From positions 42,410,001 through 42,474,000 of the forward strand of contig NC_087251.1 of assembly GCF_037042905.1 (NCBI RefSeq): a stretch of DNA of 64,000 bases, in the 5' to 3' direction. The notes under the pieces are model-generated. The model ran no database searches. It was not told where the DNA came from and saw only the letters and a list, made by a program, of their open reading frames with translations. A program made the position numbers and the translations under genes. Below, piece after piece: positions 39,701 through 48,459 of this stretch; the first letter of the stretch is position 1; each line of letters begins with the position of its first letter. The stretch comes from Lytechinus pictus. Its lineage: Eukaryota.

Positions 39701-42700
39701 AAGATTCCATTCGATGAGACTGCATTTGAGATGCTTCCATTCGATGGGATTGCATTTGAGGGGGGTCCATCTGAGGGGGTTCCATTTGAGGGGGTTGTCT
39801 TTGATGAGGTTCCATCCTAGATTGCATTTGAGGAGGCCGCAGATGAGGGGGGTCCATTTGAAGTGACTGCATTTGAGGGGGGTCCATTTGAAGGGACTGC
39901 ATTTGAGGGGGGTCCATTTGAAGTGACTGCATTTGAGGGGGGTCCATTTGACGTGATTGCATTTGAGGGGGGTCCATTTGAAGGGGCTGCAATTGCGGGG
40001 GCTCCATTTGAAGGGGCTGCAACTGTGGGGGCTCCATTTGAAGGGACTGCATCTGTGAGGGCTGCATCTGAGGGAGCTCCATCCCACGGGCCTGCATTTG
40101 TTGGGGCTGCATGGGGGGAAGCTGCAACTGGGAAGAATGCATTGCAGGGGGTTGCATTTGGGAAGAATGCATATGAGGCGACTGCATGGAGGGATGTTGC
40201 ATTTGAGAACGCTGCATCTGTGGATGCTGCTGCTGCTGCATCTGCTGGGAATGCATCGAGGGCTGCTGCATCTGAGGCTGCATTTGCGATGAATGCATCT
40301 GGGGCGCTTGCATGTGGGCTAAAGAAGGCATCTGCATGCTCTGCTGCTGTGGTGGTGGTGTCTGTTGGGGGAATGATTGGGGTTCATTGGATGCCTGTAC
40401 AAAATCCATTCTGGGTGGTTGGATTGGAGGGGAATGTAAAGAAGGGGGTTCTCCCATCCTGTCTGCTTGGAACATGTTGGCAAACTCATCATGCTGGGCT
40501 CCAAGTTGGCTGCCATGTTGTTGTTGCTGCTCTTCTGCAAAAATAAATAACAATTTTTTTTTTTCAAGAATGATGTGTGGAAAATAATATACAAATGAAC
40601 TACAAATAAACATTTTTGAGAATTACTAAATACCTTTTCATGAATCTTTGAATAAAATCATAAACAATGAATGCTATTTATGAAATTTAAAACCCCCCTT
40701 GAAATTGTGCATCGATAAATTAATTCAATAATCTACACTCAGCTGACTAGGATCACGATTCCTTGTAAATTTCAAATTACTTTTCCCTTTTTATTCTGAA
40801 TATTTCCTCAAGATAATAGATAATAATGATAACATTTAAAATATCAAAGGCAAACAATGGAACAATAACATGCAGGTCCCACTGGTGCATCTATCATGCA
40901 AATCAGATTACTATTATAACAACAGTTGCCAAGATAGGCATAAGAGTCTTTCAGGTAAACTTCAACGTTTGCAATAGACGGAATTAAGACAAAAAGAAAA
41001 TATTTTGTGACAAAATAGACCGACACATGCATTTTTTAAGTTTGGAAATGCCGTACACCCATCTTCTCACATAATGCCATGGCCAATGTTATTCATTTTC
41101 CTGCAGAATAAATTGGCTTCTATTAATTACATACATGTATATACCTGGGAGGTCAATTTATTTGACATATTTTCATATTCATTTTTCAATCATACCATAG
41201 ATATGGAATTAATGTTGGCCTGGAAAAGGACTAAATGGTTAAGATGCAATTATGGCACTTACCTATACTTTGTTGTTGATAATAAGAGTACAATCTATCC
41301 ACAAGCTCTGCTTTTAATCCTAATAATGAAAGAGTAAAGAAAAAGTTAATTCAAATCTCATACAATATCATAACAACTGGATATGGGGGGGGGGGGGTAT
41401 TGACTGACTGACTGTTTGCCAATAAAATTGGTAAGCTTAAATGTACACAACTACACATGATATGGCAATGTTGGACACTTTCTGATTGGTGGGATTATCT
41501 CCAATATAAAAAAGCGCTTTCATTCCTATCCTTCAACGAATAGACCTACAGTGTCTGCTATTTCAATTTTCTGATCAGGAATTATACCCCAAACGGAAAA
41601 AAATTATATTCCACAGGTACAATCCAGGGGTAAAATCCATGATTGTGATTTCCGTAACACCTTTGACCCTATTTAATTTTGTACTCAAAAGGATCAATGA
41701 CAAAGGAACCCTTCCCATTTTGCCAGAAATATGGCAGCTGAGATGAGCATGTTCAATCTATCGCAAAAAATATGTAAGAGTGACCAGGGTGCTACATAAC
41801 TTTTTTAAACACCTGCCTAGTCGGGCAAGTGAATTTCTAAAAAGTTTGAAAATACTTGCCTGATAATATATTTGCTTTGCCCCCCCAAATCCTTCAATAC
41901 TATGTGTTACCGCTTCAAAAGATTTTTCCTCTCTTTTGACATGAACTGATGTACCTTGTAATATTGTATTTTTTCAAAGCGATTGTATCTTGCCTGCCAT
42001 GACCGAAATTAGTGTCAATATGCCATTTGATTAATTTCCTCTCATACATTTTCATGTACTTTTGTATATGACCACAGCACAAAATAAAAAGAGGAATCAT
42101 TGAAAATAACTTAAAGAAAGAAACAAACAAAGAAAAAGAACAGAAAGGAAAGGACTCGGATGAATGAATGGGGGGAAGTAAGAATGGAGGAGAGAAAGAA
42201 AAAAAAGAAGAATGGAGAAGGAAAAAATGAATGAAAAAAAGAAGGAAAGAAAAAAAATCCTTCCTTCTTTTGAACGAATGAAGGAAGGAAGGAAAACAGA
42301 AAGAAAGAAAGAAAGAAAGAAAGAAGAAATAACAGGAATGGAGGAAGGAAGGAAATAACAAGGGGAGAAAGAATAAGGGAAAAGAAAAGAAAATAAAGAA
42401 TAAAAGAAAGGATGAAAAAGAGGAAGGAAAGAATGAAGGGAAGAAAGAATGAAAGAAAGAAAAGAATGGAAGAAGGAAGGAAGAAAGAATGGAAAGAAAA
42501 AGGAGAGGATGGGATAAATAAGCAGAGAAAATTTAAAGGAAAGAAATAAAGAAAGAAAAAAAAAGAAGAAAAAAAGGAAGGAAATAACAATAAATGAAAG
42601 AAAGAATAAAGGGAAAAGAAAAGATAGAAGGAAAGAAGAAAATAACAAGTGGAGCGCCTCTGGCAGTCTCACCTGCATCGCGCGATTCAATATAGTTCAA

Positions 42701-45700
42701 CTTCAGTTCAGTTCAACTTTATTCAATTCCAATATTACAAACATTTAACAACACATTGGATAAAAAATGCAATTCAAGATAAAATAAAGTAGTTCAGTGG
42801 TATGTACATGCATATTGAATAGAAAAAGTATTGAAATTAGGTATAGCTGTAAAAAACCATAAAGGTCTTGTCAATATAGCAGCAGTGCTGACTTGGAAAA
42901 CTACTATAAAATAATTATCCACAAAAAACACTATTCATATAATAATACAATACTACATTCATTGACAATAATTGAAATTTGACCTTGATCATGCGACCTA
43001 AGACTTGTCAGTGATACTCGATTACCCCTATATCCACATTTTATAAACTATATCTATAAACTTTGAAAGTTATGACAGCAATCTAATAATTACCTCCAAA
43101 ATTGCCAAATTCAATGACCTTTGACATGTCACCTGAAACTTGAATGAAATGTTCAGTGATACTTGATTACTCTTATGTCCAAGTTTCATGAATCAGATCC
43201 ATAAACTTTCAAAATTATGATGAAAATTCAACAGATACCCCCAACATGGCCAAAGTTCATTGACCTTTGACCTGAAATTCGCACAGGATGTTCAGTGATA
43301 CTTGATTACTCTTTAGTCTTATGTCCAAGTTTCATGAATCAGATCCATAAACTTTCAAAGTTATGATGGTAATTCAACAGATACCCCCAACATAGCCAAA
43401 GTTCTTTGACCTTGTCATGTGACCTGAAACTCGCACAGGATGTTTAGTGATACTGGATTACTCCTATGTCCGAGTTTCATGAATCAGATCCATAAAATTT
43501 TTAAGTTATGATGGTAAATCAACAAATGGATTATTATGGACCTCAGAGTCAAACTAAAGTACACGATGTAAGTTTTCAGTAGAGGCGCACAGCCAATATG
43601 AGAGACTCTCTCCAATAAGGGAGACAATCTCTCATATTGGAGACTTGCTTTGCAAAAGAACAAAAGAAACAACACCAACAAAAGCATGATTTTTTTCCAC
43701 CCCATTTGTTTTGTGTGTGGATGACAACAAAAATCCTTATAAAAACAAAAGTAGACGGTGAATTTTTAAAGTAGACGGTGAAAAGGGGTAATTTTTCATG
43801 AGGAATCTGCTTATTACATTTTTATTTGCCGCCAAGTTAATCCTTTTGCAGCAAATGTAAACAAAGAAAATTGGTCTCCCAAACTGAAGACTGTCTCTGA
43901 AATTGGATACCCAAATTCTTTATTAAAGTCTCTGATATTGGATTTGGAGATAATCTCTCACATGGTCAGGACATGGGAGACAGTCTCCCATATTGGCCTG
44001 CACCTCTACTGACTACTGCCCGTAGTGTACTACTGGTTTTAATGTATGGCAGTGAGTCCAAACTTCGCAGACAGTCATTATCTCAAAAACTAGCCAATGT
44101 CCTTAAAATCTGACATCATCATCGTGAAAAGCGACCTAAAATTACCCTTTAATGAAAATTTCTTTAGCTAGGATGAGTTCAGTATTCATGAAAATATTGG
44201 CAAAAGATAGGCAAATTTGTCACCGTTAGCGCAAGTTTTGAAGAAATCTGATATTCTCAACAAGCATCACGATATCACCATTTTGCAAGCAGAAATCATC
44301 AAAAATGTGAGTTAAATGTGGTACTAACCGATTCTATAGCATTTTGCCATCAATCTGATATAAATATTTCACTTTTTGAGCTTGAGTTTTTGTTTAAATG
44401 TCCACAAAAACTTTGGTCCGCGAAGTTAGGTCACACTTTTTCTGAACGGTTTTCCAACACAGTGCGCATTCGCCGATCGGAATGGAATTTTGAGATCGCG
44501 ATACCGGCGAATCCCCTTGACCTACTTTTCATTTTCGTCCATGATTTTATAGTTAACGATCTTGCCGTCAATGTGGTAACTATTTCTTGAATTGGTTTTG
44601 TATAAATTATGAATATTTTGTGAAAAAATTTAAGCCTGATGAATATTTTTGAAAAGTGCGCGAAGTTTGGACACCCCATCATAAATACCGGTACTAATAA
44701 TTTTGTATAGAATAAAATGTGTTTCCCTTACATACTTAGGCCTACCATTTTTATTTTTGTTAAAGTACGAGTTTTTGTCAAAATGATGTAATTGATCTCG
44801 CCATTTTAACACGGTGACAGATACGAGAATGTCTTATTCTCGAACCGCGTAACCGGCCATGGATGCTGGCTGAGGGTCAGTCCATCAATAAGGTTTTACA
44901 ACAGCCCCACCTAGGTATCACCAAGTCTTCAATGCGATCTGACCCTACCATAGACATCATTGCAAGAGGACTTAGGACCTTTTACTCCCTCCATGGTGTC
45001 GGAGCGTATACATCGGGCCTATCTCCACACCTCTGTGCGAAGCTGTGGACAGTATTCTGTGTCCCCAGGATGTTATATGGCTCCTCTATCGTCTCCTTAA
45101 CATCCCACCAGGCTAACCGCATAAACATCGCCCAAAACCAGTTATTTAAGAAGATTTTGGGAATCCCTCAGAGTGCAGCGAATGAATCAGTGTTCCTTCT
45201 CACGGGCATTACCCCCCTCATGTCACAAGTAGAACTGGATAGCCTCCTCATCATAGGTCAGCTAACATCATTATCTGAAGACCGCTTTGAGAAGAGGGCA
45301 TTTGTACATGCTTCTATCCGCGGTGTACCCCTCGTGAAATCCTGGAACCTCCTTCTCTTCAAGTACAACCTACCAACCCTTCTCTGCCTAATTGAACACC
45401 CGATCCCATATCACAAGTGGAAAGCCATATGTAGGAAGTCCATCTATTCAAAAGTGCTGCAGGACACTACCAATGCCATTGCATCTAAGTCATCGCTGTC
45501 CTTTTGGAAAGATATTGACAGTCTCCCACCATCTTCTCTGCTATTTCCAGAGGGATTAGCCCCTCATCTCCGTAAGGCACAGATTATCAGAGCTCAGCTC
45601 CTCACCCAAACATACCCCACCCAGAAGCGTCTCTCAAAAATTGGCAAATCCCAAACTGCCTCCTGCCTGCTATGCAAAGATGGTGATGAAGACACCCTTC

Positions 45701-46347
45701 ACTTTATCTCCTCTTTGTAGCCATCTACATTCTCAGCGAGTCGCCTTTATGGCAAATGCCAACAAGATGCTGCCTGATTTGGGGATGAGTGCCAGTCTCC
45801 ACATAGATGACCCTCTAGAATTTGCCCTGCTAATTCTCCTCCCAAACCAAGACCTCTCTGCAAACACTGTAAAATCTTTTACGACACTTGCCCTCAATTT
45901 CTTGCTGAAAAGACCATATGTTTAGATCTTCTACTACTTTTCTACACTTGAATGAATCCTAGTCCTCTCTGCTGAATACATCTACCTTCTCTGACTGACC
46001 TCTCTTACAATACATACTAAGCTACATATACCATTTTGTGCAGGATCTCCCTGCTGATCTCCGAAGCTAACGGAGGAAGAAGAAGAAGAAGATAGCTACT
46101 GCTACACGCAAACACACGTAAAATTCAATATGTGGGCACAGCCACAGGCAAGTGCATGCAGTGACTGTGAGTGTGAGTAAGACAGTGATATTCGGCCGGC
46201 GCCTCGGCTACTTGTTTTAGGTAAATTTATCTACTTTCAGGAGAACTCTAAAAAATAATTACCATTTATAGACAGGCCAAGCTCTGATAATCTTGTTCTT
46301 AAATCGGCTACCCTCAACTTCTTTATTTCAGTGATGGTAATAGCCAT
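18710..46347 (-). CDS. SF3B2: Splicing factor 3B subunit 2 (SAP145), 20 coding exons, about 1475 aa
   Basis: Exons 46263-46347, 41263-41319, 38694-40534, 38156-38324, 36842-37180, 36194-36292, 35027-35160, 33869-34087, 33564-33680, 31092-31250, 28482-28634, 26498-26598, 25475-25613, 24706-24813, 23968-24075, 22731-22873, 22087-22288, 20322-20419, 19612-19699, 18710-18778 (4428 nt, phases consistent). Motifs: N-terminal SAP (KKLRVADLRTRLSELGLSINGLKAELVDRL), AYRNTVGVPRHW, WQTKPKLTIHGDLYYEGKEFE, PPPWLIAMQRYGPPPSYP, FGYHAGGWGKPPVD, C-terminal KKYKEFKF*. Confidence 0.93.
19916..20225. mobile_element. Harbinger-like MITE in SF3B2 intron 18
   Basis: TIR gcccgtattctgaagtcaggtttaa / ttaaacccgacatcagaatacgggc, flanked by tag/cag. 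Confidence 0.75.
20580..20970. mobile_element. Kolobok-like MITE; related copies at about 23110-23490 and about 28750-30925 (split by the Tc1)
   Basis: Ends aaatgccagtagttgcagtg / cgttaccacaactggcatttacct-ttaa; the interior is shared with the other copies. Confidence 0.6.
21273..21680. repeat. Minisatellite, 70-72-bp unit, about 5.5 copies, probably the subterminal region of a Tc1/mariner-type MITE
   Basis: Unit gccacctgtctataatggccactaaaa...cccatgaagata(ga)gtgtgagtagaagaacctgtctatagca, preceded by ta-cagtccaac. Confidence 0.85.
21729..22020 (-). mobile_element. 3' end of an L2/CR1-group LINE in SF3B2 intron 17
   Basis: Encodes GDCAFSYAAPKLWNQLPLRIRMAQSVPAFKILLKTHLYREAF*, a typical L2/CR1-group ORF2 terminus, followed by an agcgc...gctatataaat stem and an (ATT)n tail. 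Confidence 0.85.
25675..25968 (-). mobile_element. Full-length tRNA-derived SINE in SF3B2 intron 12
   Basis: A box tgacccagtgg, B box ggttcaaatcc (25905-25915), core cacagtgtgctgcactcaacccaggtgaggtaaatgggtacc, (ATT)n tail. Confidence 0.85.
27252..27522. mobile_element. hAT-like poly-G MITE; partial reverse copy at about 58691-58930
   Basis: TIR catgggcggaaatc / gatttccacccatg with near-perfect 8-bp TSD cctcaaat/cctcaact. Confidence 0.75.
28946..30841 (+). mobile_element. Full-length Tc1-family DNA transposon (1896 bp) in SF3B2 intron 10
   Basis: Terminal inverted repeats cactactcaaaaaaagttaaggaccactttt / aaaagtggtccttaactttttttgagtagtg, TA target duplication at 28944-45 and 30842-43, and an uninterrupted transposase ORF inside. 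Confidence 0.97.
29555..30583 (+). CDS. Tc1 transposase, DD34E, 342 aa
   Basis: ATG at 29555 (MPRHHLSE...). HTH region with RSGRP, then VLFTDESRF, VMVWGGI, FMDDNARAH and WPARSPDLNPIEHVW, with 34 residues between the second D and E. Ends GGHTRY*. No stops or frameshifts. Confidence 0.95.
   Translation: MPRHHLSETDVARALGMLEAGLSQRRVARMMGVSHSVISRANQRHRETGLYSKRPRSGRPVSTTPRDDRYLTNLSLRNRFHSARRLNNDFAAATGVIVSTQTIRNRPHRANMHARRPAQCVPLTPAHRRIRLNWAREHVRWTRQQWRRVLFTDESRFSLDHNDGRSRAWRRPGERFADPCIAEHDCYGGGSVMVWGGITYANRTRLYVVPGGAMTGVRYRDEVLEPIVVPFAENVGQNIIFMDDNARAHRARVVTEFLEGQGIERMEWPARSPDLNPIEHVWDMMGRSLEQLEAHPLGLQQLGVALEAAWDALDVRDINRLISSMRERCEAVIAAGGGHTRY
31563..32565. mobile_element. 1-kb non-autonomous DNA transposon, P-like ends, 7-bp TSD
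   Basis: TIR caaggctccacatta / taatgtcgagccttg, gttatag on both sides, and repeated ggtggcccg/cgggccacc subterminal motifs. Confidence 0.75.
32789..33207. mobile_element. hAT-like MITE
   Basis: Perfect TIR cagacctgccaacc / ggttggcaggtctg; flanks ctatgc/ttatgc. Confidence 0.75.
34219..34809. mobile_element. Kolobok-like MITE (591 bp), largely palindromic
   Basis: TTAA TSD, ends aggacaagtccacccca / tggggtggacttgacct, long imperfect inverted arms. Confidence 0.85.
35640..36026 (-). mobile_element. SINE of the same family with two tandem tRNA-like heads
   Basis: Core gtacccatttacctcacctgggtt matches the 25675 copy. The head block ggatcaatttcttgctgaagga...ctaatccactgg occurs twice (about 35800-35900 and about 35915-36026). 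Confidence 0.7.
37833..38108. mobile_element. Small Harbinger-like MITE in SF3B2 intron 4 (same family as 7296-7564)
   Basis: gggccccgtcttacaaagtgttacgattgatcc ... ggatcaatcgcaactctttgtaagaagggccc; the interior matches the reverse complement of 7296-7564. Confidence 0.7.
38694..40534 (-). CDS. SF3B2: SF3B2 exon 3: 1841-nt exon encoding M/Q/P-rich tandem repeats, poly-Pro and an E/Q/R coiled coil
   Basis: Lies within the 643-aa ORF 38682-40613. Acceptor ttttgcag at 40535, donor gtact at 38693. Its phases (1 in, 0 out) fit flanking exons 2 and 4. Confidence 0.85.
42100..42642. repeat. Purine-rich low-complexity tract (GAAA/GGAA)
   Basis: About 540 bp almost entirely A/G on the plus strand. 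Confidence 0.9.
42645..43525. mobile_element. Partial Helentron/HINE-like repeat with a tandem array of about 120-145-bp units
   Basis: Begins acaagtggagcgcctctggcagtctcacctgc. Contains 3-4 units of tgacctttga...gttcagtgatacttgattactcttatgtccaagtttcatgaatcagatccataaactttcaaa...caacagatacccccaacat. Family call is by resemblance only. Confidence 0.55.
42696..42870 (-). mobile_element. Short 5'-truncated non-LTR 3' UTR fragment with 9-bp TSD
   Basis: Flanked by the direct repeat tcaatatag (42687-95 and 42871-79). The minus strand ends aataaagttgaactgaactgaagttgaa (AATAAA plus microsatellite tail). Confidence 0.7.
43577..44011. mobile_element. MITE with about 30-bp TIRs
   Basis: cagtagaggcgcacagccaatatgagagact / agtctcccatattggcctgcacctctactg; TSD not evident. 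Confidence 0.65.
44863..46092 (+). mobile_element. 5'-truncated non-LTR retrotransposon (RT C-terminus plus Cys/His motif, RTE/RTEX-like) in SF3B2 intron 1
   Basis: ORF 44863-45720 contains VPRMLYG...QNQLFKKILGIP and CLLCKDGDEDTLHFI. A frameshift near 45715 continues it into the 45641-45925 frame (CSHLHSQR). A 3' UTR follows, ending in a (GAA)n tail at about 46075-46092. Clade assignment is tentative. Confidence 0.8.
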
Positions 46348-47110
46348 TTTTGCTGTAAATTAAGACGCACCAGTCGGCGTTGAACACACGATTCAACGGA
46401 AATCGAGAGGGTAGGGGTCAAATGTGACTCGATCTAGATTTTTTTTCATATATTGTTTCATCCAGGTATCAATAAATATAAATGATAATTTTACTGACTA
46501 AATTTTTGCATTTCATATGTTGATATATTTTTATGATGTAAATAAAATATTTTTTCAAATATTATTATTTTTCTTTTAAGGGAATTTTAACCAAAGATGC
46601 GTCATTTACGTCTGCTCAACATGCATGTCTGACATGTCTGAGCTGTGATTGTGAGTTTTAATTTTTTTTTAATTGATTTTTTTGCTCAATTTGTGTTTTT
46701 TCAGTGTTTATCATTTATAACATGCCGTGGTATATTAAATTTCCATTTTCATTCATTATGTTCTACCCTTGAAGTGTTTATGTTTTAGAAGAACGAGCCT
46801 TTCCCATGTCCGTATTAATTATTTCTAGTTTATCGAGCACAACGCAACACGGTACCGGAACGGTACGTTATTGCTCGGCCTGCCCGAGGCCCTCCCGGTG
46901 GTCACGCGCCGTGTTCCGATGCTTGTGTCTATTTAGTGAGTTGCCCTGCAGCTGCACGCTGGATCTGGATGGAGTGCATTGCCAGTGGCAGTGGCAGTGG
47001 TTCCCGCGTGTACGTGTGTATGAAGGAGGGGGGGGGGGGGGCTACATCTGCACTGACTAACCCTGGGGCTTGGCTCCGGCGGAGCCCAGGGCCGGGTTAG
47101 GACTTGTCCA
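46348..47110. promoter_or_regulatory. Putative shared promoter region of divergent SF3B2 and MRPL11
   Basis: Immediately upstream of the SF3B2 ATG (46347), with CpG-rich patches. The MRPL11 first coding exon appears to be spliced from an upstream non-coding exon. TSS not determinable from sequence. Confidence 0.4.
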
Positions 47111-47218
47111 TGTACCGGTACTAATAATATTAAATTATACTTTTATCATGTTTATAGGCAGTGGGTACGGTACTCTCCAAAATGGCCGGGGTAGAATGTG
47201 GTCGCAATAGCGGCTCGG

Positions 47219-47400
47219 TGTAAAAATGGCAGAGGTAATACTAATAATGGCAGAGGTAAAAATGGCAGAGGTATAAATGTCAGAGGTAAAAATGGCAGAG
47301 GTAAAAATGGCAGAGGTAATGGCAGAGGTAAAAATGGCAGAGGTAATAATGGCAGAGGTAAAAATGGCAGAGGTACTACTACTAATGGCAGAGGTCATAA
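47219..47400. repeat. Minisatellite, about 15-bp unit aaaaatggcagaggt
   Basis: About 11 tandem copies with small length variants. Confidence 0.9.
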
Positions 47401-47687
47401 TGGTCTTAACTTAAATCCCCATGCAAAAAAAATATCAAAAAGCCCCTGCATGTACATGATATAAGCCCTACATAGATTAACTAAGAAAGGTTGTAAGAAA
47501 ATAAAAGTAATGGAAAGGGTAACATTTTTAAAATCATAGATAGATCGTCTGCACCAAATTGATAATCTTTTGGTTGGAATATCTTATTTTTTCTGGACTC
47601 TCATGGACGGCCTTCTCATGTCAAATCGCTGTTTTAATATTCAAATTTGAAGCACACTCTAAATCGCAATTGTACTTAATTCATTAA

Positions 47688-48151
47688 AGGGGAAGTTCAA
47701 CCTCACATAAAATTCATTGTAGAATAGCAGAAAAAAATAAAATGATATTGGTGAGGGTTTTAGAAAATCCATCAAAGATTAAAAAAGCTATACTTTTATA
47801 TTTTAATGATGACGTCATTTGCGAGCAGTTTTCCCAGAAACTATTTGGTGTATAGAAAATATTAATGAAATGTAATTTTCTAGAAAAAAATCAAAATGGT
47901 TTTTAATAATTGTATCTTCAGTATATATCAAGAGACAAATCATTTCACTTACGCTCCTGAAATATTTTTAAAAAACAATTATGAACCATTTTGTAGTGCA
48001 TAAAATGTCATGGGGCAGCTTCCCATATTATGACGTCACACACCCTAAAACTCAAACTTCTAATAACTTTCTTTGATCTTTGATGGATTTTTCCTCAAAC
48101 CTTCACCAATATATTTTCTGCTATTTTTATTCATTAGGGCGAACTACCTCT
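47688..48151. mobile_element. Kolobok-like MITE
   Basis: TTAA on both sides; ends aggggaagttcaacct / agggcgaactacctct; related start at about 18134. Confidence 0.7.
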
Positions 48152-48459
48152 TTAAAGCAGCCCCCAGAGAAATGTACCTATATAAAAAACATCCATAAAT
48201 GTGAATCCCTAATTCGCTACACATTTCAAAATTCATGTGGTAACAGTTACCATATACACTAGTTTGGGAACCTGACATCCACTTGGACTAGCTGCAATGA
48301 GGTATTGCTCTAAAGACTGAACAATAATTGTATCATTTACATTTAACGTATCACATTAATCAGGGGCCTTAGCAACTATCTTGTTTTTTCTTGTTTCCAG
48401 AAAATAATAGATTGAGAAGTTCTTGTACTTATCTGAGTTTATCTAGATCGATTACCAAT

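Noticed and set aside
39516..40587. Several plus-strand ORFs (e.g. 227 aa, AFEGGPFE repeats)
   Set aside because: Antisense shadows of the repetitive SF3B2 exon 3.
41915..42690. F/L/S-rich ORFs of 148-197 aa
   Set aside because: Translations of the low-complexity purine tract.
47135..47464. GKNGR-repeat and TSAIF-repeat ORFs
   Set aside because: Products of the 15-bp minisatellite, with no splice or homology support.
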